DNA from: an uncultured Gammaproteobacteria bacterium
GTDB lineage: Bacteria > Pseudomonadota > Gammaproteobacteria > UBA9214
NCBI GenBank assembly: GCA_963748215.1
Contig: CAVVHS010000008.1
Location: 352,001 to 416,000 of the forward strand
Direction: 5' to 3'
DNA: 64,000 nucleotides
The notes beneath the pieces were generated by a model, which was not told the origin of the DNA, did no database searches, and saw only the letters and a list, made by a program, of their open reading frames with translations. Shown here piece after piece: positions 39,039-49,820 of this stretch (within the stretch, counting starts at the first letter, position 1; each line of letters starts with the position of its first letter). The position numbers and the translations under genes are program-made.

Positions 39039-40351
39039 AGCGGGTCGATACCGCCCTGGTGAGACTGTGGGGCGAGGTCGTCGGCGCTGTATCGTGGCTG
39101 GATGACCGCGACTATGGCATCTTCGAATACGAGCCGGATTTTCTGAACAAGGACCTGGATATCGCCCCCATTCACATGAGCCTGGCCGCGGCCCGGCAGG
39201 GCGGCCGGATCTTTGCCTTTCCGGGACTGAACCGGGAAACCTACCTGGGGCTGCCCGGTCTGCTGGCCGACGCCCTGCCGGACAAGTTCGGCAACCGCCT
39301 GATCGATGTCTGGCTGGCCCGTAATGGCCGCGATGCCACCGACTTCAGCCCGGTTGAGCGCCTGTGCTACACCGGCAAGCGCAGTACCGGTGCCCTGGAA
39401 TTCTCGCCCGCGCTGGCCGGCCGCCACGATACGGCGGTACCGGTCGAGGTCGCCGGCCTGGTCGCGCTGGCGCAGGACGTCATGCACGAGCGCAACACCC
39501 TCGACGCCGACCTGGGCGATACGGACCGGGAGCATGCCGAGGCACTGATGGACATCCTGCGTGTTGGCACATCGGCCGGTGGCGCACGGCCGAAGGCGGT
39601 GATCGCCATGAATGCGCAGGGGCAAGTCCTGTCCGGCCAGACCGACGTGCCGTCAGGCTACGATTACTGGATCCTGAAGTTCGACGGTGTCACCGACCTG
39701 GAGCTGGGCAAACCCAGGGGTTATGGCCGGATCGAGTATGCCTACTACCGCATGGCACAGGCTGCCGGCATTCACATGACCGAGTGCCGGCTGCTGGAGG
39801 AACATGGTCGCGCCCATTTCATGACCCGCCGCTTCGATCGCGTCGATGGCCACAAGCTGCACCTGCAGTCGCTGTGCGGCCTCGCGCATTTCGACTTCAA
39901 CATGCCGGGCGCCTATGGTTACGAACAGGTGTTCGGCATCATGCGCCGGCTGCGCCTGAGCAAGGCGGAAGCGGCGGAGCAATACCGGCGCATGGTGTTC
40001 AATATCGTCGCCCGCAATCTCGACGATCACACCAAGAACACCGCGTTTTTGATGGGGCCGGACGGCAAGTGGCGGCTGTCACCGGCCTTCGACGTTATTT
40101 ACGCGCATAACCCGGCCGGCAAGTGGACCAACCATCACCAGCTCACCCTGAATGGCAAGCGCGACAATTTCACCCGGCAGGACCTGCTGGATGCCGGTGC
40201 AGCGATCAGCCTGCCCCGGCCATCCGATATTGTCGACGAGGTCAACGCGGCGGTGGCACGCTGGCCGGAATTCGCACGGCAGGCTGGCATCGATCCGCAG
40301 ATATCGGGCGAAATCGGGCGCAATCACCGACTGGAACTGCCGGCGAGCTAG
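39032..40351 (+). CDS. HipA-family Ser/Thr kinase toxin
   Basis: DALPDKFG, SAGGARPK, RFDR, NLDDHTKN, LSPAFDV. Confidence 0.93.
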   Translation: MVKRVDTALVRLWGEVVGAVSWLDDRDYGIFEYEPDFLNKDLDIAPIHMSLAAARQGGRIFAFPGLNRETYLGLPGLLADALPDKFGNRLIDVWLARNGRDATDFSPVERLCYTGKRSTGALEFSPALAGRHDTAVPVEVAGLVALAQDVMHERNTLDADLGDTDREHAEALMDILRVGTSAGGARPKAVIAMNAQGQVLSGQTDVPSGYDYWILKFDGVTDLELGKPRGYGRIEYAYYRMAQAAGIHMTECRLLEEHGRAHFMTRRFDRVDGHKLHLQSLCGLAHFDFNMPGAYGYEQVFGIMRRLRLSKAEAAEQYRRMVFNIVARNLDDHTKNTAFLMGPDGKWRLSPAFDVIYAHNPAGKWTNHHQLTLNGKRDNFTRQDLLDAGAAISLPRPSDIVDEVNAAVARWPEFARQAGIDPQISGEIGRNHRLELPAS

Positions 40352-41280
40352 GCGTCCGCTCCCGGCGCCGGCCACAGCCAGGCAGCACCGCGCACGCCAC
40401 TGGAATCGCCGTGTCGCGCACGCACCAGCCGGGTGTCCACGCGGTCGGAGAAAACGTACGCACCCCAGCGTTGCGGCACGTCCTTGTACAACGATTCGAT
40501 ATTCGACATACCGCCACCCAGTACGATGACATCGGGATCGATGATGTTGATGACACTGGCCAGCGCACGCGCCATGCGGTCTGCGTAACGTTCGAGCGAG
40601 ACCTGCGCGGCCGCGTCGCCGGCCGCGGCACGAGCGCCGATGGCGGCGGCCGTAGCTTCCACACCGGCAACGGCCTGGTGATCACGCGCCAGTCCCGGAC
40701 CTGACAGCCAGGTCTCGATGCAGCCCTGCCGGCCGCAGTAGCACGGCTCGCCGGGCGATTCATCGGCCTGCGGCCACGGCAGGGGGTTGTGGCCCCACTC
40801 CCCGGCGATCCCGTTGGGCCCGGACACCAGGCGGCCGGCAACGACGATACCGCCGCCGGTGCCGGTCCCGACAATGACACCGAACACGATCCCGGCACCG
40901 GCCGCCGCGCCATCGACCGCCTCTGACAGGGCGAAACAGTCGGCATCATTGGCGAAGCGCAGCGTGCGCTGCAGGCACCGTTCCAGATCGGCGTGCAACG
41001 GCCGGCCGTTCAGGCACACGGAATTGGAATTCTTGACCCGGCCCGTGGCGCGCGACTGCGATCCCGGTGCACCTATCCCGACCGGGCAACGCCGACCACT
41101 CGCCTGTTCCAGCGCCTCGACCAGGCCGGCGACCGCTGCCAGTGTGCCGTCGTAATCACCCTGCGGGGTCGGCACGCGCCGGCGCAGACGCTCGCGCCCA
41201 TCCGCATCCAGCACGACACCTTCGATCTTGGTGCCACCGAGGTCGATGCCAATCCTGAGATTGTTGTTTTCATCGCTCAT
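40348..41280 (-). CDS. ROK-family sugar kinase (Mak/fructokinase-like)
   Basis: GIDLGGTKIE, ANDADCFALSEA, GEWGHNPLP, CYCGRQGCIE, HGDSSGVRGAA. Confidence 0.92.
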   Translation of the reverse strand: MSDENNNLRIGIDLGGTKIEGVVLDADGRERLRRRVPTPQGDYDGTLAAVAGLVEALEQASGRRCPVGIGAPGSQSRATGRVKNSNSVCLNGRPLHADLERCLQRTLRFANDADCFALSEAVDGAAAGAGIVFGVIVGTGTGGGIVVAGRLVSGPNGIAGEWGHNPLPWPQADESPGEPCYCGRQGCIETWLSGPGLARDHQAVAGVEATAAAIGARAAAGDAAAQVSLERYADRMARALASVINIIDPDVIVLGGGMSNIESLYKDVPQRWGAYVFSDRVDTRLVRARHGDSSGVRGAAWLWPAPGADA

Positions 41281-41718
41281 TCTGATGACTTCGATATCGT
41301 GTCCAGCCGGACTGTCAAACATCCAGACGGGCATGGGGCACTGGCATGCCGGCCGGTATGACGAGCATGAGCCAGAGGCACAAGCACGGAGATGACTGCC
41401 GACTGTATCGTCACCCGATTCCGGAACACAACGCAACCGACCCGGGCATAATCAGGCTGCACGAGCGGGCCGACCGGCCTGATCCTGGTAAACCGGATGG
41501 CTTCCCGATGGCGTCGTGATGAAATTCCAGCGGGATTTCCGGTGTAAAGGTCCTGATACATGAAAGGTGATTATAACCACCATCTGTTCAACGACTGAAT
41601 GCACGCACTGCCCTGGGTGCGCGCCAATCGGCCGCTTCAGGACAGATGGCGGCGCCCTGGCGGGCTACGTCGCGCGGGGGATTTTGACAGCTGTCACCCG
41701 CGTCTGATGCCTGAAATA

Positions 41719-44616
41719 CTATCCGATTCTGAATTTTGCCTTGTTGCTTTCATCCTGTTCTTCAGTAGCCTCCTGAATCTGGAAATTAAAATCCCGGTTC
41801 CCGGCAGGCTCCTGTATAAAATAGCCCTGCGCCATATCCACACCCAGCTCACAAAGGATCGCCAGGGCGGCCGAACTCTCGACACCTTCGGCAATGGTTA
41901 TGTAATTATTCTCCCTGGCCATCTTCATGATGGCAGCGACCTTCAACAGGCTTGCCCCCTTGCCCCTGATGCTCTCGATCAGACCACTGTCGATTTTCAG
42001 GTAGTACGCATGGATATGCTTGAGGTGCTGCAACTGGCATGACATCCGGTAGTGCTCGATGGCGATTTTACATCCGACCGCATTAATCGCCTTGGACAGC
42101 ATTGAAAAATTCTTGATATCACTTTGCAACAGATTTTCGGCAACCTCGAATACCAGCTGCGCCGGGTTTATCGCGTACTCCTTGATTTTGTGCATCATCC
42201 ATACTGGGAATTCCTGGTCGGCAACCGACTGCCCGGTAAGTTTTATAAACAACGTCATTGACTGACCGCGGTTATCGGCCATCATCTTCATGACATTCTC
42301 GATAATATAACGATCGACAGCCGCGGCAAGTCCGCATTTGCTTGCCATGGATATGAACTCGCCTGGCAGAATAACGCTCCCGCTTCCGTCAATGATCCTG
42401 ATCAGAATCTCGTATTGATTACCCTGCTCTCCCTTCAGGCTGGTAATTGGCTGGTAATAAATCCTGGCACGATGTTCGTCAAGTATTGCCCTGACCATCG
42501 CTTCATGATTGTCACCTGCACCCGTGCTGATTATATTGTCTGCCATCGCACTGCTGACCAGGACATGGTTACCACCGTATGACCTGGCCGCCTCGCAGGC
42601 GAGGTCGGCCCTTGCGATAACATCACCAGCGCCGCTATCGCTTTTCCTGACCGAACAGATTCCGATACTCACTGTCATCAGGACAGACCGCCCGTCATAT
42701 TCAAAAATCCGGCTTTCGATGGCCAGGCGTATCTTTTCGGCTTTTTCCTCTGTCTGTGCCAGGCTTTCCCCGCTGCATATCATGGCAAAGGTGCAATCGC
42801 CGAAGCGGGATACCACGTCATCCCCGCTACAGAAGGATGCGATGATTTCGGCAACATCCTTGATCACATGCTCGCTTTCCATGACACCGATTTCATCCCT
42901 GACCTGGATAAATTTGTCCAGCAGGATATACATGAGGTTGTGGCTGGAACTGGAACCGGAATCGCGGTTATCCGCGAGCAGAATGTCGAGATCTGCAATG
43001 AACCGGGCGCGATCGCTGACGCCGTCAACAGAATTCCGCTGCCGCCCTCCCTCTGCCGGACTGAGGGAAAGACCGGCTCCGGCTGCACCGGATAATGCAG
43101 GCTCATGCTGCCCGGAGCCCTGCCCTGAAGCAGACGTCGCGGATCCGGCTTTACCTGTCTCTGCCGTTGAAGCCTCGGACGTCCCCTCGCAATTATCCGG
43201 CTCGTCCTGCTTGTCTTCCGCCTGCCTGACCACCTCTCTCAGACTCGCGACCTCCTGCCTGAGTTGCTCGTGATCATGCAACTGTTCTGCAAGAATCTTC
43301 TGTTCTGTCCGCGAGCTATCCAGCATTGACTGGAGATCAGCCAGCTGTTCCTGCAGCGCCTTCTGCCGCTGTGCGTCCTCTTCCCCGAGACAGGCAGACT
43401 CTGTGGCTGCCTGCAAGGCACCACGCAAGCGCTCGTTCTCCGATTCAAGCTCGCTTGCCAGCCTTGCCTCGCTGTCAAGCGTCTGTATGCGCGCCTGTGC
43501 CGCCTTCAGTTCCTCCTCCAGATCATTTGATGCCCTGGCCTGGTTCCCCGCTTCCAGTGTCTCGTCCGACTGGATGTTTAATGATGTATTTACCTTCTCC
43601 AGCCTTGACCGCAGCAACTCGATTTCTTCCTGCTGATTTTTTTGTATCGCACGTTTCGAAATTGACGATTCATGCAGAGCGGTATTCAGTGCCTCCAGTT
43701 TTTCTGCATGCGCCGCCAGTTCATCGTGAGCCACACGCAGCATCTGCAGTTCAGCGCCAAAATCCGCAATTCGCGTATTCAGTTCTTCGCTGGCGTGCGC
43801 ATGTTGCTCGGCCTGCCTGTGCATCACTTCAGATTGAGACTCCAGCTCCTCCCGCAATCCTGACAGCTGCTGCCCAAGCCCCGAGATCTCACTTGTTTTT
43901 GACTGCAACTCGCCAGCCCGCTCATCAAGCTGACTGCGCAGACCGGCAATTTCACTGTTACGGTCTTCCAGCATTGCCTGCAGTTCATTCGATTCGTCCC
44001 TCGCCTTGTCGTACTGCGCCTGCAGCGCATTGAGCGCACCTTCCAGCCTGTCTCTTTCCTGTTCGAATTCCTGCCGGGCACACAGCGCCTCCGCAGCATG
44101 CTGCTCCAGAACACCGTTCTGCTCTTCGATGCGAGATGATAACCGAGCCAGTTCGTCGGCCCGCGCGATCGAAATACTTTCCTGTTCACGAGCCTTTTCC
44201 TGCAGCCGGTCACGCTCGGATTCAAGTTCGATGATCTTTTGACCGAGCTGTTCCGCTTCGCGGGAATATTCTTCCTCTCTCATGCGGCCTTTGCTGACCT
44301 CTGCATCCAGGGCAGCACGGATTGATTTGATGGCTTCGTCAAGTTCGCCGATTTTCGCGGAACGTTCCTCGTTTTGTTTGCGTGTTGTCTCGAGTTCGTA
44401 TAGTGCAGTGTTGAACGCTGCAGTGAACGCAGTGGCAGCATCCTGCAAATCAATGATCGAGGGTCTTTCAATTCCGGCTTCAGTATCCTGCGACTGTGCC
44501 TCCTCCGCTGGAGTCATGCCGGCAGGATGAACTCCCGCTTCCCCGCGATCTTCACGCCCTGTCATCCAGCCATTCCCGCCAGGCAGTGTGTTCGTTGAAT
44601 CGTCTTGCATCGCCAT
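41719..44616 (-). CDS. Long coiled-coil protein with degenerate GGDEF and EAL domains
   Basis: About 450 aa of E/Q/L-rich heptads. GGDEF position reads RFGDCTF; EAL reads EILIR; DDFG position reads EHYR. Lower GC than the flanks. Start uncertain. Confidence 0.85.
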   Translation of the reverse strand: MAMQDDSTNTLPGGNGWMTGREDRGEAGVHPAGMTPAEEAQSQDTEAGIERPSIIDLQDAATAFTAAFNTALYELETTRKQNEERSAKIGELDEAIKSIRAALDAEVSKGRMREEEYSREAEQLGQKIIELESERDRLQEKAREQESISIARADELARLSSRIEEQNGVLEQHAAEALCARQEFEQERDRLEGALNALQAQYDKARDESNELQAMLEDRNSEIAGLRSQLDERAGELQSKTSEISGLGQQLSGLREELESQSEVMHRQAEQHAHASEELNTRIADFGAELQMLRVAHDELAAHAEKLEALNTALHESSISKRAIQKNQQEEIELLRSRLEKVNTSLNIQSDETLEAGNQARASNDLEEELKAAQARIQTLDSEARLASELESENERLRGALQAATESACLGEEDAQRQKALQEQLADLQSMLDSSRTEQKILAEQLHDHEQLRQEVASLREVVRQAEDKQDEPDNCEGTSEASTAETGKAGSATSASGQGSGQHEPALSGAAGAGLSLSPAEGGRQRNSVDGVSDRARFIADLDILLADNRDSGSSSSHNLMYILLDKFIQVRDEIGVMESEHVIKDVAEIIASFCSGDDVVSRFGDCTFAMICSGESLAQTEEKAEKIRLAIESRIFEYDGRSVLMTVSIGICSVRKSDSGAGDVIARADLACEAARSYGGNHVLVSSAMADNIISTGAGDNHEAMVRAILDEHRARIYYQPITSLKGEQGNQYEILIRIIDGSGSVILPGEFISMASKCGLAAAVDRYIIENVMKMMADNRGQSMTLFIKLTGQSVADQEFPVWMMHKIKEYAINPAQLVFEVAENLLQSDIKNFSMLSKAINAVGCKIAIEHYRMSCQLQHLKHIHAYYLKIDSGLIESIRGKGASLLKVAAIMKMARENNYITIAEGVESSAALAILCELGVDMAQGYFIQEPAGNRDFNFQIQEATEEQDESNKAKFRIG

Positions 44617-45064
44617 TGATCCCTGATTAAGGTTCCCGGAGCCATCGGTCCTTGAGGCTTCTCTTTGCACGGCAATGAGCCATCCCGGTCACGCCTCGGC
44701 CTGCACGCACCTGTTGGCCCGTCAGTTCACCGTATCGCGTACCCCGGCCTGTCTGGGGCACACTCAATCTGCCGTCCTGAAACATGTCGGCACAAAGCTG
44801 ATATGTTTTAACAATCAGCCGAATAGACGAAATGCAGCCGTTCAGGAAACGCTCCCGGTACTGACATACCGCAACGGGCGGATGATCTCCCTGACCCGGT
44901 CGTATGCACGGCAGCCATTCCCGGCAGCCCGGGCAAGCGCTCTGTCCGCAACCGAGCGCCATTAATGCGCCGGGATGAGGCATTCAGGCTGGCAAGCGGA
45001 ATTCACGAATTGACGTCGTGATCTGCGGATCTGCCGGCGGAATGACTGCCGGACGGGAGGTGAT

Positions 45065-45080
45065 CGTCAACTTATTGACG
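45065..45080. promoter_or_regulatory. Palindromic operator resembling a FleQ box
   Basis: CGTCAA-CTTA-TTGACG; minus strand GTCAATAAGTTGAC versus the FleQ consensus GTCAnTAAATTGAC. Confidence 0.5.
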
Positions 45081-45331
45081 TAAACACGCAATCAGGCTTT
45101 TACAAAGAAAAAAACGGCCGCCACCGTGACGCGGTACGAGAGGATGCATTGCCCACAGCGCCCGCACCAGGTACGCAGATCGTCGACACGCAGGAAATCC
45201 GGGCCCGGGCGAGTGCGTCCACTCGGAACCCGTGCAGTCCAGCCCCCCCGCCAGCCGCACCGTCCGAAACGATGAACAGCAGAGCGGATCTCCGCAAAGC
45301 CCGTCAGGCCAAAAAACAATATTTTCCTGAT

Positions 45332-45344
45332 TATCAATATATTA
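45332..45344 (+). promoter_or_regulatory. Putative IHF site
   Basis: TATCAATATATTA matches WATCAANNNNTTR, with an A-tract upstream. Confidence 0.45.
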
Positions 45345-45421
45345 TTTGGCAATAACGGGCATTATCAGGCGTCTCCGGGAAGCTTTCGACAGGCAGCCGA
45401 CGGGATCGGCTGATGCGCGGC

Positions 45422-46027
45422 TCAGACCGTGCCATGCGCGACCAGGCTGAAGGCGCGGCTGCTGTCGGTGCGCAGGCGCGTGATACCGGCATTGGCGACA
45501 TGGATGCGGTACATGGCGACCGGCGGCATATCGAGCACTGCGGCGAGAATGGCACGGATCACGCCCGCATGCGCCACCACGAGCACCGTTTCTCCGGCAT
45601 GCCGCTCGAGCACGGCGTCGAAACCGGTGCGCACGCGCGCCAGGAAGGCATCCAGGGGCTCGGCGCCCGGCGGACGCTGGCCGACCGGGTCGCGCAGGAA
45701 ACGCTCCACCTGCCCCGGGTCCTGCTGCTCCAGTTCCGCCCGCGTATGCCCTTCCCATACCCCGAAGCCGACCTCCGCGAAGCGCGGCTCGGCCCGCAGC
45801 GGCATGCCGTGCCGCGTACAGAGTGCCTCGGCAAAGGCATGGCAGCGCAGCAAGGGTGAACTCACGACCTGCTGCCAGTGCGGCCGGCCCGCGACGGCGT
45901 CCCACATCTGCTGCCAGCCCCGCTCGCTGAGCGGGTCATCGCGCTGCCCGCGATAACGATTGCCACCGACCGGCTCGCCGTGGCGCAGCAACTCGATCAC
46001 GGTCTCACGCACCGCCGGCTCAGGCAT
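45422..46027 (-). CDS. Histidine phosphatase family protein (CobC-like)
   Basis: LLRHGE, SSPLLRC, FGVWEG, VVAHAGVIR. Confidence 0.88.
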   Translation of the reverse strand: MPEPAVRETVIELLRHGEPVGGNRYRGQRDDPLSERGWQQMWDAVAGRPHWQQVVSSPLLRCHAFAEALCTRHGMPLRAEPRFAEVGFGVWEGHTRAELEQQDPGQVERFLRDPVGQRPPGAEPLDAFLARVRTGFDAVLERHAGETVLVVAHAGVIRAILAAVLDMPPVAMYRIHVANAGITRLRTDSSRAFSLVAHGTV

Positions 46028-46580
46028 ACCGGCTACCGAGCCGCGCCCTGAACCCGTCCCAGTCGAAGGCGGGGCCGGGATCGGTCTTGCGTCCGGGGGC
46101 GATATCGCTGTGTCCGGCGATGGCCTGCCGGGACAGGCCGGGATAGGTCCGTACCAGCGCCTCCGTCACCGCGGCCAGGCGTTCGTACTGGACCGGCGCA
46201 TAAGGCTCGTCGTCCTGCCCCTCCAGTTCGATACCGATGGAAAAATCGTTACAGGCAGGCCGTCCGCCGAAGCACGATTCGCCGGCATGCCAGGCACGCT
46301 TGTCGAACGGCACATACTGGACCAGCTCGCCATCGCGGCGGATCAACAGGTGGCTGGATACCCTGAGGCAGGCGATCTCCCGGAAATAGGGGTGCCCGCC
46401 CGGATCGAGGCAGTTGGTGAACAGGCGGTCGATATCCGCGCCGCCGTAGCAGCCGGGCGGCAGGCTGATGCCGTGAATGACGATCAGCTCGGGCCTGCAA
46501 CCCGCCGGCCGTTCGTCGCAGTTCGGCGACTCAAGCTGGCGGGCGCCACGCAGGCGGTGTGTGACAGGATCTATTTCCAC
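46020..46580 (-). CDS. ampD: 1,6-anhydro-N-acetylmuramyl-L-alanine amidase
   Basis: VIHGISLPPG, RAWHAG, CNDFSIGIELEG, GHSDIAPGRKTDPG. Confidence 0.96.
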   Translation of the reverse strand: MEIDPVTHRLRGARQLESPNCDERPAGCRPELIVIHGISLPPGCYGGADIDRLFTNCLDPGGHPYFREIACLRVSSHLLIRRDGELVQYVPFDKRAWHAGESCFGGRPACNDFSIGIELEGQDDEPYAPVQYERLAAVTEALVRTYPGLSRQAIAGHSDIAPGRKTDPGPAFDWDGFRARLGSRYA

Positions 46581-46756
46581 TGGGCGCAGCCCCTCGTCAT
46601 TCAGGCACGGGATAATATACCGCGTCTGCCGCAGCGATGAGCACCCCCGCAGGCATCCCGGGATTGCTGGCCTGCCGGCTGGCGGAGGGGTTTGACCCGC
46701 GGGCGGGCTGATCGGCTAGAATAGCCGCCTCTGATTGTTGCAGCCCCGGAGCCGCA

Positions 46757-47425
46757 GTGAACAAGCTACGTATCGTCCTCTGTATATCCCTGGTACTGGC
46801 CGGCAGCGCCCACGCCGAAACAAGCTATGTCAGCGACAGCCTGGAAATCACCATGCGCAGCGGCAAGGGCAACAGCTTCAGCATTACCCGCATGCTGTCC
46901 AGCGGCACACCCCTGGAGGTGCTGGAGGTCGACAAGGACGCGGGTTACACACGCGTGCGCACCAAGAGCGGCAAGGAAGGCTGGGTGCTGTCGCGCTACC
47001 TGATGAAGACCGAGGCGGCGCGCGATCGTCTGGCCAGCGCGGAAAAGAACCTCGCGGAAATGGAGCTGGAAAAGCGCAAGCTGGAAACCGCCATGGCGGC
47101 GTTGACCGGAGAAAAGAATGCGCTGGCGAAAGAACTCGAAGGGCTGAGCGGCCAGAATCGCAAGGTCAGCCAGGACCTGGCGGAGATCAAGCGCACCGCG
47201 TCCAGCGCGCTGGCCATCGACTCCGAGAACAAGGACCTGAAATCCCGGGTCGTGTCACTGGAACGCGACATGCAGACGCTGCAGCAGGAGAACGAGGGTC
47301 TGCGCGACCGCACCGCCCGCGACTGGTTCATGGTCGGTGCCGGTGTGGTACTGCTTGGCATCATCGTCGGCCTGATCATTCCGCGCATCCGCTGGCGCAA
47401 GAAATCGAGCTGGGATACGTTCTGA
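46757..47425 (+). CDS. SH3-domain protein (YgiM/TIGR04211-like)
   Basis: Signal peptide, YVSDSLEITMRSG SH3b domain, coiled coil, C-terminal TM followed by RKKSSW. Confidence 0.9.
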   Translation: MNKLRIVLCISLVLAGSAHAETSYVSDSLEITMRSGKGNSFSITRMLSSGTPLEVLEVDKDAGYTRVRTKSGKEGWVLSRYLMKTEAARDRLASAEKNLAEMELEKRKLETAMAALTGEKNALAKELEGLSGQNRKVSQDLAEIKRTASSALAIDSENKDLKSRVVSLERDMQTLQQENEGLRDRTARDWFMVGAGVVLLGIIVGLIIPRIRWRKKSSWDTF

Positions 47426-47435
47426 GCGGCAGCGG

Positions 47436-49115
47436 TTACTCGTCCGTTACACAACCTTCCGAGGCATTCTTCACCAGCCTGATATATTTCCGAAGCGTGC
47501 CACGTTCCGCCTTGTAGGGTGGCATCTGCCAGGCCGACCGGCGCTGCTCCAGCTCGGCATCACTGACGCCGACGGTCAACGCCCTGGTCCCGGCATCGAT
47601 GGTGATGACATCGCCGTCGCGGACCAGGGCGATCGGCCCGCCTTCCTGGGCCTCGGGCACGATATGCCCGATGATGAAGCCGTGCGAACCGCCGGAGAAA
47701 CGCCCGTCGGTCAGCAGCGCCACGTCGTTGCCCAGCCCCGCGCCCATGATGGCCGAGGTCGGGGTCAGCATCTCCGGCATGCCCGGACCGCCCTTCGGCC
47801 CCTCGTAGCGGATCACCACCACATCACCCTTGACGATGCGCCCCGCTTCCAGCGCCTTGAGCATGTCTTCCTCGGCATCGAACACCTTCGCCGGACCGCT
47901 GAAGTACAGGCCTTCCTTGCCGGTGATCTTGGCGACCGAACCGCCCGGCGCCAGGTTGCCCTTGAGTATCTGGATGTGACCGCTGGACTTGATCGGGTCT
48001 GACAGGGCGTGAAACACATTCTGTCCCGCCTTCAGACCTGGCAGATTGCGCAGGTTTTCCGCAACGGTCAGGCCGGTCACGGTCAGGCAGTCACCGTTCA
48101 GCAGACCTTCGTCAAGCAGGTATTTCATCACTGCCGGGGTGCCGCCGACGTTGTGCAGGTCCTCCATCACGTATTTTCCGCTGGGCTTGAGATCGGCCAG
48201 GAAGGGAATGCGGTCGCTGACAGCCTGGAAGTCGTCGATGCCAAGCGGCACGTTCACGGCGCGCGCCATGGCGATCAGGTGCAGCACGGCATTGGTCGAG
48301 CCACCCGTGGCCATGATGATGACCATGGCATTCTCGAAGGCCTCGCGCGTCATGATGTCGCGCGGCTTGATGTCTTTTTCCAGCAGGTTGAGGACCGACC
48401 TGCCGGCGCTGTAGCACTCGGCCAGCTTGCCCGGATCCACCGCAGGTGTGGAGGAACTGTACGGCAGGGACATGCCCATTGCCTCGATGGCGGACGCCAT
48501 GGTGTTGGCCGTGTACATGCCGCCACAGGCACCCGCTCCGGGACAGGCGTGGTCGACGATGTTGCGGCGCGTGTCCTCGTCGATCTTGCCGGCAATGAAC
48601 TCGCCGTAGCTCTGGAACGCGGACACGATGTCCAGCGTCTGGTTGTGGTAGTGACCGGGCTTGATGGTGCCGCCATAGATCATCAGCGCCGGACGGTTGA
48701 GGCGGCCCATGGCAATCAGGCAACCCGGCATGTTCTTGTCGCAGCCCGGCAGGGAAATATTCGCGTCGTACCACTGCGCGCTCATAACGGTTTCGATGGA
48801 ATCCGCGATCAGATCGCGCGACTGCAAGGAGTAACTCATGCCCTCGGTACCCATGGAGATACCGTCGCTGACACCGATGGTATTGAAGCGCATGCCGACC
48901 AGCCCCGCATCGACCACGCCTTCTCGCACTTTCGCGGCCAGGTCGTTGAGATGCATGTTGCAGGTATTGCCTTCGTACCAGACACTGGCGATGCCCACCT
49001 GCGCCTTGTCCATGTCGGCTTCCGTCAGCCCCGTGCCATGCAGCATGGCTTGCGATGCGCCCTGTGACTTGGGTTGCGTGATGCGTGAACTGTAGCGGTT
49101 CAGCGACTTGGTCAT
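47436..49115 (-). CDS. ilvD: Dihydroxy-acid dehydratase
   Basis: [46 protein letters not shown]. Confidence 0.97.
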   Translation of the reverse strand: MTKSLNRYSSRITQPKSQGASQAMLHGTGLTEADMDKAQVGIASVWYEGNTCNMHLNDLAAKVREGVVDAGLVGMRFNTIGVSDGISMGTEGMSYSLQSRDLIADSIETVMSAQWYDANISLPGCDKNMPGCLIAMGRLNRPALMIYGGTIKPGHYHNQTLDIVSAFQSYGEFIAGKIDEDTRRNIVDHACPGAGACGGMYTANTMASAIEAMGMSLPYSSSTPAVDPGKLAECYSAGRSVLNLLEKDIKPRDIMTREAFENAMVIIMATGGSTNAVLHLIAMARAVNVPLGIDDFQAVSDRIPFLADLKPSGKYVMEDLHNVGGTPAVMKYLLDEGLLNGDCLTVTGLTVAENLRNLPGLKAGQNVFHALSDPIKSSGHIQILKGNLAPGGSVAKITGKEGLYFSGPAKVFDAEEDMLKALEAGRIVKGDVVVIRYEGPKGGPGMPEMLTPTSAIMGAGLGNDVALLTDGRFSGGSHGFIIGHIVPEAQEGGPIALVRDGDVITIDAGTRALTVGVSDAELEQRRSAWQMPPYKAERGTLRKYIRLVKNASEGCVTDE

Positions 49116-49381
49116 GCTTTGCTCCGGTCGTATCAGACGGTAAGGGTGGCGGCTGACTGCTAACTATACAGAGGGACCGGCCGGCCCTGAAACAGGCAAT
49201 TGCCTGACTGCCGGACACTTCTGCCACAGGGCTGCAGGACCCACGCCGGTCATCACAGGCCTTCGGCTGTTATCACAGGCAACGAGAATAACCGACCAAT
49301 ACGTCAAAACATTGTCGCACAACATATCACATTTATATTTTAATTCAGCAGCTTATATGCATCGAAGTGCTGAAAAAGCGC

Positions 49382-49426
49382 TTGCAACCGGCCACGCGCG
49401 GGGGTAGCATATAAGCAGTTGCTTAT
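49382..49426 (+). promoter_or_regulatory. sigma70 promoter followed by a 7-2-7 palindromic operator (ArsR/SmtB-like)
   Basis: TTGCAA (49382-87), 17 bp spacer, TAGCAT (49405-10), then ATAAGCA-GT-TGCTTAT (49411-26). Confidence 0.68.
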
Positions 49427-49459
49427 TTTACGATGTTCTTAACATCGAGGAGGTGCGAC

Positions 49460-49612
49460 ATGTACTTCGACAACCTGAGTCTGCTTTCACTGCTGGTGTT
49501 TCTGATCGCGCTGGGCGCATTCGTGTATTCGTGCCTGTACCGTAATTGCATCACGAACACCCACGGTTCCGGCGCGCGCAAGGACGATGCAAATGACCGG
49601 GAACAGCTGTAG
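49460..49612 (+). CDS. Small single-TM protein (50 aa), not in the ORF track
   Basis: GAGGAGGT RBS; MYFDNLSLLSLLVFLIALGAFVYSCLYRNCITNTHGSGARKDDANDREQL*. Confidence 0.7.
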   Translation: MYFDNLSLLSLLVFLIALGAFVYSCLYRNCITNTHGSGARKDDANDREQL

Positions 49613-49820
49613 CTGGCGTGCCGTGAACAACGCCCGCATGCAGCGTGCGACCCGTCATAGTGCTGCCGCGCGGGACGGCATACAGGCCTCACCGGTGTAC
49701 CGCCAGGCAGCCTTGCCGGGCGATGCGCCGGTTCCATTGCCCGTGTTCAGGCAGACGCTGCAGGGCACCGGACCGGGAGCGCAACCGCGCACCCACGACT
49801 GAAGCACAGGAACCGCCACC

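Noticed and set aside
44675-45421. c-di-GMP riboswitch or sigma54 promoter upstream of the GGDEF-EAL gene
   Set aside because: No GEMM core (GGCAAA..GAAA..GACGCAAA) and no correctly spaced TGGCAC-N5-TTGC found by eye.
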